DNA of 64,000 bases from Perkinsus chesapeaki ATCC PRA-425 (Eukaryota > Protista > Perkinsozoa): the NCBI GenBank assembly GCA_013115145.1, contig JAAPAO010000136.1, forward strand, positions 2,280 to 66,279, in the 5' to 3' direction. The notes under the pieces were generated by a model, which was given only the letters and a program-made list of their open reading frames with translations, was not told the origin of the DNA and searched no databases. A program made the position numbers and the translations under genes. Shown piece after piece: positions 28,104 through 39,351 of this stretch. How positions within the stretch are numbered: the first letter of the stretch is position 1; each line of letters starts with the position of its first letter.

Positions 28104-29483
28104 TTAAGCTCGATTTCGCGCTATAATGTGCCCTACATGTGCTTTAATAAAGGATCCCATTTCGGTGAGCGTTTTTGCCGCTTGAGAACCTTTCTCAATA
28201 GTAAAGTACCCCCGAGCCCCTTTGATATCATCCTCTCTATAAACACCTACATCTTTGCCTTGACTTTGAAGGAACCCCACCAAGTATTCGACAAATGTTT
28301 GCTTGCAAAATGTATCAACCAGATGATGAAGAGGCGCGTCCTCACTGGGGTCGGCAATACCGGATGCGGGTTTCTGAGGATAGTACCCACGTAGAAGTTG
28401 GGTAGATGTTTGCACATCGGAGGAATATTGGCTCCTACGACATGATGGTTAACAGGACGGTGTTACTTCCCTACCACATATTTGACTCTATCGATTGTAT
28501 GGTAAAATCATAACCAAGATTAAGTGTTAGCGGTTTCTGGAGGCTTGTCTGAGGTAAACTGAAGGAACACTTCGGATACTAAGAATGACCTTGTTGAAGA
28601 CCTTCTCCATATAGCCGATCATGATAGATGCTGTTAAAGATGTTCCAGTGACACTGTATGATTGTATACGGTCCGATGTCTGTACTTGAGTCCACACATG
28701 TTTGTACTCTTTATCAAGCTGTGCATGCACCCTTGGTGTTAGCCTCTCTTGAACATTGCCAATATGGGGTTCACTATAGATCATATAATTGGTCCACGCT
28801 TCACCTTTAAGCGCGTTAAGAAGCTCCCTGTGACAGTCATCTGCTAGAGTCTGATCCCTCAATAGGATGCCTTTCTTTGATTCTCCCCTATTAGTCGTAA
28901 TATAAGCCTTCACATCGTCATTCCCAGTTGTTGGATTCACTTTAACCGACATTTCATAGACCTGGTCCAAGTCTCCCCGATAATTGTACAGACGACACTT
29001 CGGACCCTGAAACGACCCGATAAAGTGTGGTGGCAGTGTAGCTTCGAACCCCTTTGTCGCCCTGGTATCTTAGCTTACCGCATGCATAAAGGATAGATCT
29101 TTGATTCTACCCTAGGATGATAACTATCATCTGTGAAGTACAAATTAATCAATTTTAATCATTTCATCCGAACCACTAAGATTCAAATCCATTCTGAACA
29201 TGCTCTGGCGTCGTATAATATAACTCTTCCTGCTGATGCCCCACACTTACTATCGATAAGAGATTTCGTGGAGGGATGGCCGCAGATGGAGGCACTACAC
29301 GATCCAGATCTTCAGCGGTTATTGGCGCTCGTTTCTGTGGTAATGGCACGTATCTTGCGTCATCCTGTTAAAGATATTTTCAAGCTCAGCTTTGAAGCAT
29401 TTACTCACCTCGCCGGGGGAAGCTGATAGGGATGCTGAAAGCAAGCCTAATGCTAGAAGAAGAGCAGCAGTGATCTGTATCAT
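28104..29483 (-). CDS. Secreted modular family member D
   Basis: Signal-like first exon MIQITAALLLALGLLSASLSASPGE|gtgagt. Later exons read IYPLCMP|GPKCRLYNYRGDLDQVYEM, DDCHRELLNALKGEAW and DTFCKQTFVEYLVGF. Confidence 0.7.
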
Positions 29484-29982
29484 TATTAAAGGAATTCAAC
29501 CTCTCAATTAACATTAAAGTAAGCCCATGGCTGCATGAGTATATATTTTACTTTTAAAACCCGAGGATAGCAAATCCGCACAGGTTCTATTCCCACTGGG
29601 GGCATTTGGATCCGTACGTGTTAGCAACTGTCACGGAAGAACATAATGTTCCCTCATGGAAGTCAATTATCGCTCGAAGATGATCGATTGTTGGTGACGA
29701 GCGAAAAGGTTTTATCACGGAAATTGAGCCAATTAACCTTCAACGGGTGCTTCGTGAGAATCCAAGCTCAAAGTTCGTAGCTAGGTTTGTGCATGCGTGC
29801 ATCCTAGTCTTCTCATTGAAATCCTCGATGAAGGTATTTTTACAGGGCAGAATGAAGGGGTATTCCTACAACTCTGTTTGATGAGTAACCTGACAAAGGT
29901 CGAACGTTGCCTGAGCCTTGAAAAGAAGTATTTTCCCATTCGACCTTTGAGGAGGTTTAAAGTCCACTAAAGATTCTGCTAT

Positions 29983-31024
29983 ATGGTAGTTGTTGCTATA
30001 ATGGGGCAAATAGCTACCGTCCTGGATGATCTATCAGACAACTTACATCATTGGCAAGGCTCACAGCGGGCAACCACACTACACAGAATCTTCAAAAGAT
30101 TCTCGTCTGGGGATCTGTGGGCGGCCTATAGAAGGTATTCGTTGTTGTTACCTTCATGGCTTTATAGATTACTAGATATCGTCATATTGGTATCAAAACC
30201 CATGAGCTTGATCGAGACCAGACTAGGACCATATTGGGGCCATCGGTGGGAGCTGGTAAGATAACTCAACCTTGAAAGATACTTTCTGGCATGCACCTAA
30301 GATACTAGCTCATAACCACGCTCGACACTGTCGTTTTCCTACTATATCGCTTCCCTCAGGCCCCTTCCTATTCATATGGGACGTTCTGTCAATAGCCGAT
30401 AATCATATTAACCTAATAGAGCTCTTGTCAACGGCTTGCCTATTCTCCGGCTCGGAGCTACCGGAAAAGGTGCTACTTTCGTACCGTCGATACGGCAGAG
30501 AGGCCTTTCTAGGGGCGCTTCCTTCTAGCTGTATTCGATACTTCCGGAAGAGGCATGCTAACTGCTAAGTCCCTCTGTTTGATGGGAAGGATGGTGATAG
30601 AGGTAGTATCTTTGGGTTGCATGAGAACTCGCTTCAAGCTAAGATATGCATCCTACCGGTTAGGTCCGTCTAGGTTGAGCAGTAGAGTCGATTACTGCAT
30701 GAAAATTAGTACTAGTGAAATGATATTCTTCTTACCCTATTATAACGCTTCAGTGATTCTGCATTGGCACATCCTTCAGGTCCTAGGAAAATGCGTACCT
30801 TTATGTCGCAGCAGTAAGGAAGTCTACGCTGCCCTAAGGAAGGACATAGCATCGCTTCTACCAGCGTAAGTCTGCCCTTGTACTCCCATCATCGCTTTTT
30901 CAGCTATAATGAGATTCTGGAGGCCTCGGATCAGGGCCAGGCGATTGGTATCTTCGAGACGGAAGAGTTTGTTGGTCAAATGGAGCTTTCATCACTCCTT
31001 GCCGAGATTGCTCCAGTGAGCTAG
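29983..31024 (+). CDS. Hypothetical multi-exon protein (only the last exons are clear)
   Basis: VLGKCVPLCRSSKEVYAALRKDIASLLPA|gtaag..ttttcag|YNEILEASDQGQAIGIFETEEF...PVS* has canonical splice sites; the 5' structure is unresolved. Confidence 0.4.
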
Positions 31025-31653
31025 GTTATTGATTACACATTCTAATGAGCCATCAGGCTTACCATAAATTGCCTTTATCGGACACTAGTGCAACAGCGGG
31101 AAAGAGCGATGGGACGGATGTAATAATTAGTACCATATTTCCTCTGAATCTTAATGACGCTACGAAACTCATGTCATTTAGTGATTAAAGGGTAAGCCTT
31201 CCAATGGTGTTGGTGATTAGGTCTGAATTATCTGCTTTAATGTACTTACCTATCATTCTGCGTGCATTTTTAAGCTGTGGTTTCTAAGAATGTGTCGCAC
31301 CGATTTTGCACGATTCTTTTAATTACTCACTACTGAGCAGGAGTTTGGCTCTGAAACTTGGAGGATATATTTATTTTGACTAGGGAACATATCCTTGAGG
31401 TACTCGTTGATGAGTACACCTTAGTTGTTCTTAAACCCTTGAAAAACACGAACTGATTAGGATTTGACCAGGCGCAGTGTATGTACTGGTTTCCCATTAT
31501 GGATCGCTCCCGTCCCTTTTCACCTTGGCAGGTAGTGACTATGTTCCAGCGTATGCGGCTTAGGAAGTCCTTGGTGGATGCAGCTAATGCGGAGGGAGCA
31601 AGGAAGGCGAGCTCTGGTAAGGTAATGAGGGTGTTGAGGGTATTAAAGAATGA

Positions 31654-32412
31654 ATGTCAGGGCAACCTGTGAGAAAGGAAGGCATGCCACACGAGGTAGG
31701 AGAGATGACGCGACCGGGGATCGAACTTGGGTGTTTTCAGGACCCTAATACTTCGCCTTACCGTGAGGCTTCCAGCGATGATGATTGTGTATATAGTAGA
31801 GTGGACACTCCGGTGGTAATGGAAAGATCATATAGCAACGAGGATAACGGGGAACCCATGAGCCGAGGAGAGCACAGTCGAACCGACAGCCTGTGCGATG
31901 TTCCTCTAGCATCCTCTGTGGGACAGGTGGTAGAGGAAGAGGTGGTGACACGGGGGGAAGGTAGTGGGGGAGTGGTGAAGGGTGAGGCTATGCTGTGTCA
32001 TCAAGAGAGTCAAACGGATATTACGGGACAGCTAATAGAGGAATTACTCAGTATGAGGGACAAACAACAGGAAGGAATCTTGAGCTCGAACCGTGCATCT
32101 CACATCGACCAAAGAGTCCTTAGCGATACAGAAGAGAATGCAGATGATTCTGATGGATTTGTGGACGGTTCGAGCGACCGTAGTGAAGGATCGGCCAGGC
32201 GAGAGGTCGAGCGAGATGTTGCTTCCACGGTGGCCCGAGGCGCGGCTCTGGCGGCTGTTCGCTCCCTCCGACTTTCCAATGGCGATGCAAGAGAATCTCA
32301 ACAGGAGACTGGAGCTCTGGCGAGAAGCGTTGTTGTTAGTGTCATTCAGTCGGCAATGGCGGAATGGTGTATGGGAAGTGATCGTTCTGGCGGAGAGAGC
32401 GGTATGAATTGA
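31654..32412 (+). CDS. Acidic low-complexity hypothetical protein (probably continues by splicing toward about 32930)
   Basis: 252-aa E/S/D/G-rich ORF. A GT-AG intron near its end leads to further in-frame exons (VMEDKEEEDEPQYSLLSQLICYKALVSAIL). Confidence 0.55.
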   Translation: MSGQPVRKEGMPHEVGEMTRPGIELGCFQDPNTSPYREASSDDDCVYSRVDTPVVMERSYSNEDNGEPMSRGEHSRTDSLCDVPLASSVGQVVEEEVVTRGEGSGGVVKGEAMLCHQESQTDITGQLIEELLSMRDKQQEGILSSNRASHIDQRVLSDTEENADDSDGFVDGSSDRSEGSARREVERDVASTVARGAALAAVRSLRLSNGDARESQQETGALARSVVVSVIQSAMAEWCMGSDRSGGESGMN

Positions 32413-32940
32413 AATTGATCTTAGGTAACTGAGCCTTTGTCAGTTGCCACTTGCAGTGTAATGGAAGATAAGGAGGAGGAGGACGAGCCACAGTACTCGC
32501 TGTTGTCTCAATTGATATGTTATAAGGCATTAGTATCGGCGATACTCAACACTACTCAGGTTATAATGGACTTATACCGCTCCTTCCTCTGATCATGCAT
32601 TTCAGACCTCACCAAATCACCCAGCAGCATCGCTCAAAGATCAGCCCGTTGATGATCGGGGGATTGCTCGCATGTATGTCACTAGGCTTTCCTGCTCTGT
32701 GGTGGAGTAATACCACACTTCCGTCTAATCGTCGTTCAAACATGCCCATGGGTGTACTCTTATTAAGGCCTTCAGCCGTCACCCATTAAGAGCCTTTGTT
32801 TTCAGTATGTCAATCCAGCCCACCTTTTACAGTTTCTTCTGTTTGTTTATTTTGTCCCCCTTTTTTGAAGTACCATGCCCGGCCTTCTAAGGCTGGATCG
32901 AAACCATCCGGAGTCCACCTTGCAGTATCTTTCGGTGACT

Positions 32941-33210
32941 GACAAAAAGATATTTTTCGAGGTAGGCTTGAAACCTCTCCGAATTAACAAAAATATATTT
33001 TTCGAGGTAGGCTTGAAACTTCTCCGAATTAACAAAAAGATATTTTTCGAGGTAGGCTTGAAACCTCTCCGAATTAACAAAAATATATTTTTCGAGGTAG
33101 GCTTGAAACTTCTCCGAATTAACAAAAAGATATTTTTCGAGGTAGGCTTGAAACCTCTCCGAATTAACAAAAAGATATTTTTCGAGATAGGCTTGAAACC
33201 TCTCCGAATT
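32941..33210. repeat. Six tandem 45-bp units with an alternating A/B (90-bp higher-order) pattern
   Basis: Unit AACAAAAA[G/T]ATATTTTTCGAGGTAGGCTTGAAAC[C/T]TCTCCGAATT; variant order A-B-A-B-A-A'. Confidence 0.97.
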
Positions 33211-33885
33211 ATGTTGAGATCTTCTCGAAACGAATTATGCCAAAATTGTTAACAAAATGAAGTCGAAATTTGAGCTGTAAAATATTGACGGATGTTCCCA
33301 CCTGGCAAGCGTTAACTCCTCGAGAGATACTTTGCAGCTTCAGTGGGCTATTATTAGGTTTATAGACTATATGTATATTATTACTACGTGTAGTTTTATC
33401 TAGAAAGCCTTACTGAAAGAGATTGGGGGGGGGACCTAGTGGTGATTTGCTTATGTGAGCGAACTAGAGGTTGAAGGATATCTCAATACTACTTCAGAGC
33501 ATCGATGTTAATGGTATACATGCCAGCTGTGAAAGGATAAAGAAGCAGGCTGATGAGACGACACGGTCTAATGTATCCGAGGCAATTAAACAACGGTATT
33601 TAATTGAAGATACTCGGCAACTGCGAGGGTAGATGTTTGAATGCTTGCAGGTTGGTGGTATTATTGAGCCTTAGTTACGTTCGTAGAGAGCTTCGTCGGA
33701 TAGGAAACTGCCTTCTGGCGGCGGGGCAGAAAGGCGTCAGAGGTTTGTTGGAGCGGAATAAGAGGAAAGCTGATGATGATGGTGTTGGTGGTAGTGGTGG
33801 AGAATCGAACAAGGCACTGCGTACATTATGAAGGAAGATCCATTGCTTTGAGTTCATGGGGACTTCATTCGGGTTCACCAGTTTA

Positions 33886-36005
33886 ATGTATCTGACCGCT
33901 CGCCGTGATCGGGATAGTAGGAGCAGGAGCCCTCGGGGCCCTCGAGGCGTGGTTTTTCAAGGGAAATGTGACAACTGTGGTGGATTCGGGCACAAGCGAG
34001 CAGAGTGGTACTAGAAGGGGGACGCCTGGGGGGGGGGGGTGGGTGTAGCTGCTGCTCATCAGTCCAACGCCAACGAGTTTATGGGTTCCGGAAGGGAAGG
34101 GCGGTGATGATGGAGGGAGGTTTGGTGGAAGACGGTCTGGGCGGCCGAGGAGCTTTTCGCCGTATAGAGGTCAGCATCGTTACGATAGGGGAGGAGGCCA
34201 TAGTGGAAGGATGGAAATGAATGATAGGTGATAATAATACCGGATGTGGGGCTAGAACCTCTGCGGGAATGGTACAAGAGGGTTATTATGATAGTGTTGG
34301 GAGCGTAACCGTTCACGTGTGGAAGCTGCGGGATTGCGACTGGTTTAGATTTCCTATTGATGACTACAGAAGGCACCCGACTGTTTGCCGTAACTGTGGC
34401 CTGGCCGGTCACTCGGAGGGGCAGTGCGATAAAGAGCAGGTCTGCTATAACTGTCGAAGGGTACCGAGGGTTGGAGGGGAAGGAAAACTAAGCCATCTTT
34501 TAGAGTGGTCATCGGGTTAGTGATTGCCCTGTGAAAGAGAGGATTTGCCGTAGATGCAGAGAGCCTGGTCATGAGGTAACTGAGGAGGAGGGGTCCGAAT
34601 GGTGGGAGGCAGCGGTGATTGGTCTAGGAGAAGGACTGCCGGAATCTCCCGAGGTGTTTGGTGTGTGGGAAAGAGGGTCATTGGGCATCTGAATGCTACA
34701 TGAAGGATGTTATGTGCTTGAATTGCCGTAAGATGGGCCATAAGGCAAGGGACTGCCCAAATGATATAGTCTGTATAAAGTAGAGATACTGAAGGGGGGC
34801 TTAGGTGGGTACAGTGGGCTGGTAGGTGCCATAAAGAGGGACACAAAGTTGCGGATTGCCCTATGATCAAGGGGGAAGACCGAGCCGTGGCTATGGAGGA
34901 GGAAGATTCTTTCGAGTGCGGTGATGGGATAGATTCTCGAGGGTCTAGCATCGTGGTGATGGATGATAGGTTGGCCGACAGAGGTTCGCAACACTACTGT
35001 CTAAACTGTAAGGCATATGGGCACTTCGCGAGGGAATGCCCCAATGAGCCAGTATGCAATGCGTAATATGGCAACCACCTATCCTGTAGTTGAGGGTAGC
35101 ATTTAGGTGCGGTACAGAGGGCCATATTGCGGCCAACTGCCCGAGGCAGGGTGGCCGTGGTAGGAGGTCCCGGTCAAGAGAGAGGTGAGTCGGTCCATAT
35201 GGCAAGGTGACCTGGTTAGGATGTCCGGTGTAGATCCTTGGGAAGGTTTGATGATGATATGTGCTTGAATTGCAAACGGAAGGGTCACAAGACATGGGAC
35301 TGTCCAAATGAGGTAGTCTGCAATAGGTAGGTTATAGAAGGGGGGAGTGTGGTGAAGGCTGGCGGGATAGGTGTGGACGAAGTGGACATAAAGCGTATGA
35401 GTGTAGAGAAGGGGATGACGAGGCGAAGAGGGCTGGGTCTCCACGAAGAGGGTAACGAGGAGATCGTTGGCGACGCTACATTACAGGTGTAGTAGGTCCC
35501 TCAAAGATTGCTATATCTGCGGTCACCTCGGCCATATCGCGGCGGAGTGTCCTAGGAATCATAGGTAGGGGGACACTTTGCTGGTAGTTGATGATGATGA
35601 GGTGATCTTAGAGCTTCTCGGATTGAGGAGCCGGTGTATCTGGCCAGTCGCTTTGAGGGGGAGCTATGCTATAATTGTCATCAACGTGGTCATCTGGCAA
35701 GGGACTGTCGAAGAGCACCAATTTGTCGAATGTACTGGACCACAACAGGAGTCTGTTGTGTGCTACTCTGTCTCCTCCTTTTAGTTGCCATCGAGATGGT
35801 CACATAGCAGCCGAGTGTCCGAATATGAGAGGATCGACGGTCGAGCAATCGCTATGTCTGAATTGTCGGCAGAGCGGTCATCTCGCCAGAGACTGTCCTA
35901 ACCCTCCAGTCTGCAATCGGTAGGCGATCTGGTCTTGTATCGCTCGTGATGCTCCTTAGGTGTAACAAAGTCGGACATAAGGCGGCGGCGTGCGAAGCAT
36001 TCTGA
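33886..36005 (+). CDS. CNBP/GIS2/HEXBP-like nucleic-acid-binding protein with about 16 CCHC zinc knuckles (multi-exon)
   Basis: Spliced reading gives 16 C-x2-C-x4-H-x4-C units, from CDNCGGFGHKRAEC to CNRCNKVGHKAAAC, with RS/RG-rich linkers. Start is uncertain. Confidence 0.9.
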
Positions 36006-37445
36006 TACCGTCTCTAGCAATATTATGTTACTTTACCATATGGTGCTTTGAGTTATCAATTACTCTTCATTAGACCAGTCGGCTCCGGTGAATGGCTCAG
36101 AGCTTCCATCCTGCAACTGGCCGATCGACATCATCATCATCATCTGGCCTCGCATCAAGAAGGACCTACAGGAGTGTTCCCAGCACCCCTGGTAGCCTCC
36201 TACCACCTACGCGTTGCCTCATATACTCCTTAGTGTCCCAAGTCTACCCTCCACCACCGTACACAGGGTCACACATTCCAAGAGACTTCCGTGAGGTTGA
36301 AACGCAAGATTCTTCGAGGTTAACTTCAGGCACATCTGCGGCGGACTACGGCCTACTGACAGGGGTGGTACCGACACCGCAGATAGACTCGGAGATGGAG
36401 CCAGCCGCTGGCCTCACTAGAGGCGAGCTGGCTTACCTGCAACACTCACAGTAGGCGGCGAGCATTGAACTGAGCCTCGATAAGTTCGGGGTTCAGCGAA
36501 ATGCCGAGGTTCACAAGACAGAGCATCAGGAAGCAATTGGATGACTCGGGCGGCGAAGTCCCGATATACAACAGGCACCTCATCAATAAGACGTGGCAGA
36601 TCAGGCAAGTTTAGCGGTACTGGAAAATTAAATTAAGTTCCATGATAGAGGATACCCCTATACCATGGGTACTCCGACAGACGAGAAGACAACTGAGAGC
36701 TCCCGAGGCGACAGGCGACCGTCCCCTGCGGCAGCTGTCGGCTCTTCAGGTGGGCAGTCGGATAGGTGTTATGGCACGAATGGTCAGCGAGGAGCGCCGC
36801 CACGTCCGTGAATTTATCGGGGCGGTGGAATAGACCAACGGCAACAACACTGCCGACGCTTTGGCCAAGACACTTTGCTGGTATGACAACCACTAACAGT
36901 GTGACGTAGGTGTGCAGAGAAGTGGTGCGGTAGGGTATGGTCAGGTATGGTGCGGAGCTACCGAGCCCCCCAGCATGGCCTTACCGTGGACGGGAACTAT
37001 GGAAGTTTGAGTTAGGACAAGGAGGCGGAAAGCAGATGAGCAGCATTGACAACACTCTTCATCGCCACTATGCAAAAGCGCCATTTGGATCTGTGTATGG
37101 CAGAACTATGAGCTCTGGGCAATTCAATGACATACAATAATGAAGATGTTGATGATGATGATAGTCGTTGTTGTTGTTGTGTTAGCAATATAACGCAACT
37201 CGCGCTATGTGAAAAAGTTGAGACGAAAACCTTGTAAGGGCAGCTAAAAGCCGATAACTGAAAAGCGTCTAAATCGACTTCTACAAGGATCAGTACGGAC
37301 CATGCGCAATAAGGCGCTAGAGTGATTCAATGAGATGTGATAATAAACGAATATTGCATGGCAGCATAGGAGTAATAAAGTGTTGACATCCAAGAAGAAC
37401 TACAAAGCTTGGAGGGAAAAGTACGACACCAGCAAGGAGTGTTGT

Positions 37446-39110
37446 TCACCAAGGCAGCATGTGAAAGTTTTCTATTCTAACTGTACCTAGTCGTAAACCA
37501 TCTGACAGCTTAACAGCATTAATAGCTTTGGTGGCATTATCAGTGAGACCGACTGGACCGCATAAGAAGAAATGAACGTGTGTTATCTTCTCCTCGGCCA
37601 CTCGACCAATGGATGATTGAATGAATCGTTCGAGCTGTTTGGCATCCGGTATAGAATGATTATCAAGATAGGTTAGAAATGGTACACCAGTACTGCCACT
37701 TGATTCACCAGTAGAAGAGAACTCGTCCTCTGCATCATCTAAGAAGAATGAGGCAACCTTCTGTGTGTTACAACCAGAGTAGATCAAACGCTTCTGGTGA
37801 ACTTCGTTAATGAGAGGATAGATAACATTCAACGAGTCGGCATTATAAAAGTGCCAAAGCACGGACACAGATGATCGAATGATTGATTTAGGGAATCCCT
37901 GAATATTAGAGGCTACTGGTGCCACTCCCGTACCACCACAGATAAAAATGCAATACGATTTATGGTAAGTTAGTTGCCTCGGTAAATCATTTACACCATA
38001 TGGTCCTTGAACCATGACAGTCTTTCCTATAATGGCATTTGAAGGAGAACCAAGCAATCTACGAGTCATTAAGCCTTTACCAGAAATTAGGAAATGAATA
38101 ATTCCATCAGAAGTAGATGGTAGAGTAGAATAAGCATGAGCCATTATATCCATACCTGGTAGGAATAAGTATACCCATTGCCCGGGTGATGGTTTTATTG
38201 GACAACGTACACTCAACATACAAGCAGTTGGACCTCTACTCGTATCATCACTCAACGGCTTTAACGCCTCTATTCTGCAACAGAATGGATTGGAACATTC
38301 GTCATCAGCTTTAGTGGACCGTTTAGTACCAAGCCATTGTCTCATAGCAACATAGAGCTCTCGCAGTCTCTCGAGGAAACTCAGCCCAAGACACATGATG
38401 AAGACAATTGAGGTGACCCGCACAGCGGCAGAGTACCACTCCGAGAAGATGGTGTCCCAAACATACAAATGATAAGCAAACATAGTCGATGCAGGATAGA
38501 CTAACCAGTGCGTAAGACGGAAAATGCGATAGCCACATGGGTACAGACGGTATACTGTAGCAAATAGGAGAGAGAGGAGTAGAAGACCACAGCCTATGGC
38601 CGCTTCAAGCCCCCCGTTTTTCAGAACTTCTCGCGCGGAGCTTTCGAAATAAAACGGCAGAATGCCATGGACAATACCAGCCAGAAGGGCAATGATACCA
38701 AGAACACCATGAATGATTATCACCTTCTCTAGGCCAATTTTGAGAAAGTGAGAGACGGGACGTAATGAGAGGAAAAGGGTCACAATCATTGACCAGGCCG
38801 CCATGCGGCCAAGTACTACGCAGACAACCACAATAGGTCCTAGAGTGGTGGGATATGTGGATAGCTGGATAACCGCGGCCAGAGTCAATGCCCCAAGTAT
38901 CAGAGTAAAGCTCAAACAAATGCCCTTGCTAGGGAAGACAAACCTGCAAGGCCGCTTGAGGCAGAAGGGGATGTATTTTCGTAGTCCAGTGGCAAGGAGT
39001 ACAACGACAAGGGTGAGCAGAGTGCACACAGCAAAAGATAACTGTGCGATTACAGGGAAGGTTAAAGCCATATTGTTGAGTAAGGCGAAAAACTGCGTTG
39101 GATATGCCAT
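37446..39110 (-). CDS. Ferric reductase / NOX-family transmembrane flavocytochrome, copy 1 (intronless; ATG 39071 matches copy 2)
   Basis: Heme His pairs IIIHGVLGIIALLAGIVHG (H-x13-H) and THWLVYPASTMFAYH (H-x12-H), FAD motif HAYS, NAD(P)H motifs VQGPYG, CGGTGVAP, FLCGP and terminal ENF. Confidence 0.9.
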   Translation of the reverse strand: MAYPTQFFALLNNMALTFPVIAQLSFAVCTLLTLVVVLLATGLRKYIPFCLKRPCRFVFPSKGICLSFTLILGALTLAAVIQLSTYPTTLGPIVVVCVVLGRMAAWSMIVTLFLSLRPVSHFLKIGLEKVIIIHGVLGIIALLAGIVHGILPFYFESSAREVLKNGGLEAAIGCGLLLLSLLFATVYRLYPCGYRIFRLTHWLVYPASTMFAYHLYVWDTIFSEWYSAAVRVTSIVFIMCLGLSFLERLRELYVAMRQWLGTKRSTKADDECSNPFCCRIEALKPLSDDTSRGPTACMLSVRCPIKPSPGQWVYLFLPGMDIMAHAYSTLPSTSDGIIHFLISGKGLMTRRLLGSPSNAIIGKTVMVQGPYGVNDLPRQLTYHKSYCIFICGGTGVAPVASNIQGFPKSIIRSSVSVLWHFYNADSLNVIYPLINEVHQKRLIYSGCNTQKVASFFLDDAEDEFSSTGESSGSTGVPFLTYLDNHSIPDAKQLERFIQSSIGRVAEEKITHVHFFLCGPVGLTDNATKAINAVKLSDGLRLGTVRIENFHMLPW

Positions 39111-39351
39111 GTTGCTGGAAGGCTCTGCCGCCTTCCTGAACCCGGAAAGTTGGCGACTTCAATCGGTCGATACACAGAAGTTCAAGAACACTCGGAAAAT
39201 TAACATTGAAATGGCCGCACGCATGCGCATAGCTACATTCTTGCTAAGAGAAACGTGGCCCCATAGTGTACTCTGTTCATTGTCGAGCACGAAATATGAG
39301 AAGGGCATTGCTTCACAATAGTGCAGATTTTTCTCACCTCCATTCAACATC

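Noticed and set aside
29681-29683. In-frame TGA in an otherwise open stretch (selenocysteine?)
   Set aside because: The coding frame is not established, there is no redox motif, and no SECIS was identified.
17542-33210. CRISPR interpretation of the 29-bp and 45-bp arrays
   Set aside because: Units abut with no unique spacers, no cas genes are present, and the context is eukaryotic.
33886-36005. Retrotransposon Gag interpretation of the zinc knuckles
   Set aside because: Multiple spliceosomal introns, and no protease, RT, integrase or LTRs nearby.
36050-37140. Several short overlapping ORFs between the knuckle gene and reductase copy 1
   Set aside because: No consistent strand, motif or splice path could be established.
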